64,000 nucleotides of DNA from an uncultured Actinomycetes bacterium (GTDB lineage: Bacteria; Actinomycetota; Acidimicrobiia; Acidimicrobiales; CADCSY01). The notes below the pieces were generated by a model that saw only the letters and a program-made list of their open reading frames with translations, had not been told where the DNA came from and did not search any database. The stretch's first letter is position 1. Every line of letters starts with the position of its first letter. The stretch is from assembly GCA_963839545.1 (NCBI GenBank), contig CAWIVE010000004.1, forward strand, positions 159,429-223,428, in the 5' to 3' direction. Shown in pieces: positions 61,943-64,000 of the stretch. A program made the position numbers and the translations under genes.

Positions 61943-63224
61943 ATGCTCGACGCCCGCCGCCTGCGCACCGAGCTCGACGAGCTCACGGCCGGGCTGGCCC
62001 GCAAGGGGGTCGATCCGGCGGAGGTGGCCGGGGCGGCCGAGCTCGACGCCCGGTGGCGCCAGGCCACCAGCGAGGCCGAACGGCTCCGGGCCGAGGTCAA
62101 GGCCCTCTCCAAGCAGGTGGGGCAGGCGCGCCGGAGCGATCCCGACGCCGCCGACGCGCTCGATGGCCGAGAGCCGGCAGGTCGACGAGTCGGCGCGCGA
62201 GCACAAGGCCGAGGCCGACGAGCTGGAGGCCCGGCTGCGGGACGCCCTCCTCCGCCTCCCCAACGTGCCCGCCGCCGAGGCCCCCGACGGCGCCGGCCCC
62301 GAGGACAACGTCGTGGTGCGGGTCCACGGCTTCGACCCCGACGGCTACACGGAGGCCCAGCGGGTCCCCCACTGGGAGACCGCGCCCGCCCTCGGCCTGC
62401 TCGACCTCGAGCGGGGGGCGAAGATCGCCGGGGCGATGTTCCCGATGTACCGGGGCGCGGGTGCCCGCCTGCTGCGGGCCCTCACCGCCTTCGCCCTCGA
62501 CCGCCACGGGGACGCCTTCGAGGAGATCCGGCCGCCCACCCTGGTGCGCACCGACACCATGGTCGCCACCGGCCAGCTGCCGAAGTTCGCCGACGACGCC
62601 TACCACGTCGAGCGCGACGACCTCTGGCCCATCCCCACCGCCGAGGTGCCCCTCACCTCGTTGGCCCGGGACGAGGTGCTCGACGAGGCCGACCTGCCGA
62701 TGCGCCTGACGGCGGCGACCGCCTGCTACCGCCGGGAGTCGGGGGCGGCCGGGCGCGACACCCGGGGGACGCTGCGGTCCCACGAGTTCGACAAGGTCGA
62801 GATCCTCGCCTACTGCACCCCGGACCAGGCCCCCGAGGTGCACGCCGAGCTGCTGGCCCGGGCCGAGGGGCTCCTCGGGGAGCTGGAGCTGCCCTACCGG
62901 GTGCTGGACATCTGCACGGGCGACCTGGGCCAGTCCCACGCCCGCCAGTTCGACCTCGAGGTCTACGCGCCCGGGGTGGGCGCCTGGCTCGAGGTGTCGT
63001 CGGTGTCGTGGTTCACCGACTACCAGGCCCGGCGGGCCAACATCCGCTACCGGCGCCGCGAGGACCGCAGGATCGAGCACGTGCACACCCTCAACGGCTC
63101 GGCCCTGGCGTGGTCCCGCATCTGGCCCGCCCTGGTGGAGACCGGCCGCCGGGCCGACGGCAGCATCGTCCTGCCCCCGGCCCTGCACCCCTTCTTCGGG
63201 GGCGAGGTGCTGGCCCGACCCTGA
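61943..63224 (+). CDS. serS: Seryl-tRNA synthetase (frameshift near 62160)
   Basis: LPNVP, TGQLPKF, PTAEVPL, CYRRESGAAGRDTRG, HEFDKVE, EVSS, HTLNGS. Confidence 0.96.
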
Positions 63225-63264
63225 GTTGGTCCCAGGGCGGGGGGCGGCGGTACCTTCTCGGACG

Positions 63265-63390
63265 ATGACGACCGCGCAGGTGCTGTTCAGCATCGCCCTG
63301 GGCGCCATCGCGCTGCTCATCACCGTCTACGCCGTCTACGTGGCGGGCTCCACCATGTGGGGCGACCGGTGGTTCCGGCGTCGCCCGTGA
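63265..63390 (+). CDS. 41-aa single-TM protein leading the sdh operon (not in the ORF track)
   Basis: MTTAQVLFSIALGAIALLITVYAVYVAGSTMWGDRWFRRRP; host codon bias; TACCTT 8 nt upstream; stop overlaps the sdhC GTG. Confidence 0.65.
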   Translation: MTTAQVLFSIALGAIALLITVYAVYVAGSTMWGDRWFRRRP

Positions 63391-63801
63391 GCACGACGCA
63401 GCGGCCCGTCGAGACCAAGGTCGGGGCGACCAAGGTCGTCTACAAGGGGAAGTCGGGCCAGTGGGCCTTCGTCGGCCACCGCATCTCCGGCGTCCTGGTC
63501 TTCCTCTTCCTGCTGCTGCACATCGTCGACGTGTCGCTCATCAACAGCCGATCCCGTCCTCTACGACGAGGTCCACGAGCTCTACGGCAACATCCTGCTG
63601 CGGGTCTTCGAGGTGGGCCTGCTCTTCGCCCTGCTGTTCCACTCGCTCAACGGCCTGCGCATCGTGCTCGTCGACTTCTTCCCGGGCATGGTCGCCAACG
63701 AGCGCAGGCTGTTCACCGGCGTGATGGCCATCACGCTGCTCGTGGGCATCCCCTGCTCCTACGTGATCCTCGAGCCCTTCATCGACGGGCGGATCCTCTG
63801 A
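63387..63801 (+). CDS. sdhC: Succinate dehydrogenase cytochrome b556 subunit (frameshift near 63550)
   Basis: YKGKSGQWAFVGHRISG, LLHIVD, FHSLNGLRIVLVDF. Confidence 0.9.
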
Positions 63802-64000
63802 TGGCGGTGACCACGCCGTCCCGACGGACGGCCTCGAGCGGTGGGTCGCCCCGCAGCCGCCGTCCCAAGCAGAGCTTCGAGACCTGGTCGTGGTTCTTCA
63901 TGCGGGTGTCGGGCCTCGTCCTGATCTTCCTGGCCCTCTCCCACTTCGCCATCACCCACATCGTCAACGACGTGGCGGAGACCGACGCCGCCTTCGTCTA
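63801..64000 (+). CDS. sdhD: Succinate dehydrogenase membrane anchor (partial)
   Basis: FETWSWFFMRVSGLVLIFLALSH. Confidence 0.88.
   Translation, partial: MAVTTPSRRTASSGGSPRSRRPKQSFETWSWFFMRVSGLVLIFLALSHFAITHIVNDVAETDAAFV

Overview
High-GC actinobacterial DNA; gene content suggests Acidimicrobiia (inference). The assembly looks indel-prone, since many housekeeping genes carry single frameshifts. Layout: (1) 1-14.2 kb, a purine/pyrimidine cluster (purA end, purD, purE, purB, purC, purS, purQ, purL, purF, purM, pyrE), then bldC and an ACT-domain malic enzyme. (2) 14.2-24.6 kb, accessory genes: secreted hydrolase, SRPBCC, CSLREA/choice-of-anchor-Q surface protein, PPOX, LipJ-like cyclase, amtB, nhaA. 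(3) 24.6-42.0 kb, tandem cargo blocks separated by three partial copies of the tRNA-Phe 3' half, with arm-type repeats and a truncated tyrosine integrase, ending at a Glu-Asp-Phe tRNA cluster. (4) 42.4-64 kb, core genes: FtsX-like permease, a peptidase-S51/CysRS-C-terminal fusion, plsY, degV, clpS, ctaA/B, a large oxidase locus, an ABC-2 transporter, serS and sdhC/D. Three things stand out. First, an intact cytochrome oxidase subunit I paralogue lacks all CuB/heme a3 ligands but keeps both low-spin heme histidines, and sits with degenerate subunit III/IV-like partners in front of a complete caa3 operon. Second, an integrase-less att-bounded cassette stack sits at tRNA-Phe. Third, a Ser-His-Glu hydrolase is fused to a CysRS-type tRNA-binding domain.
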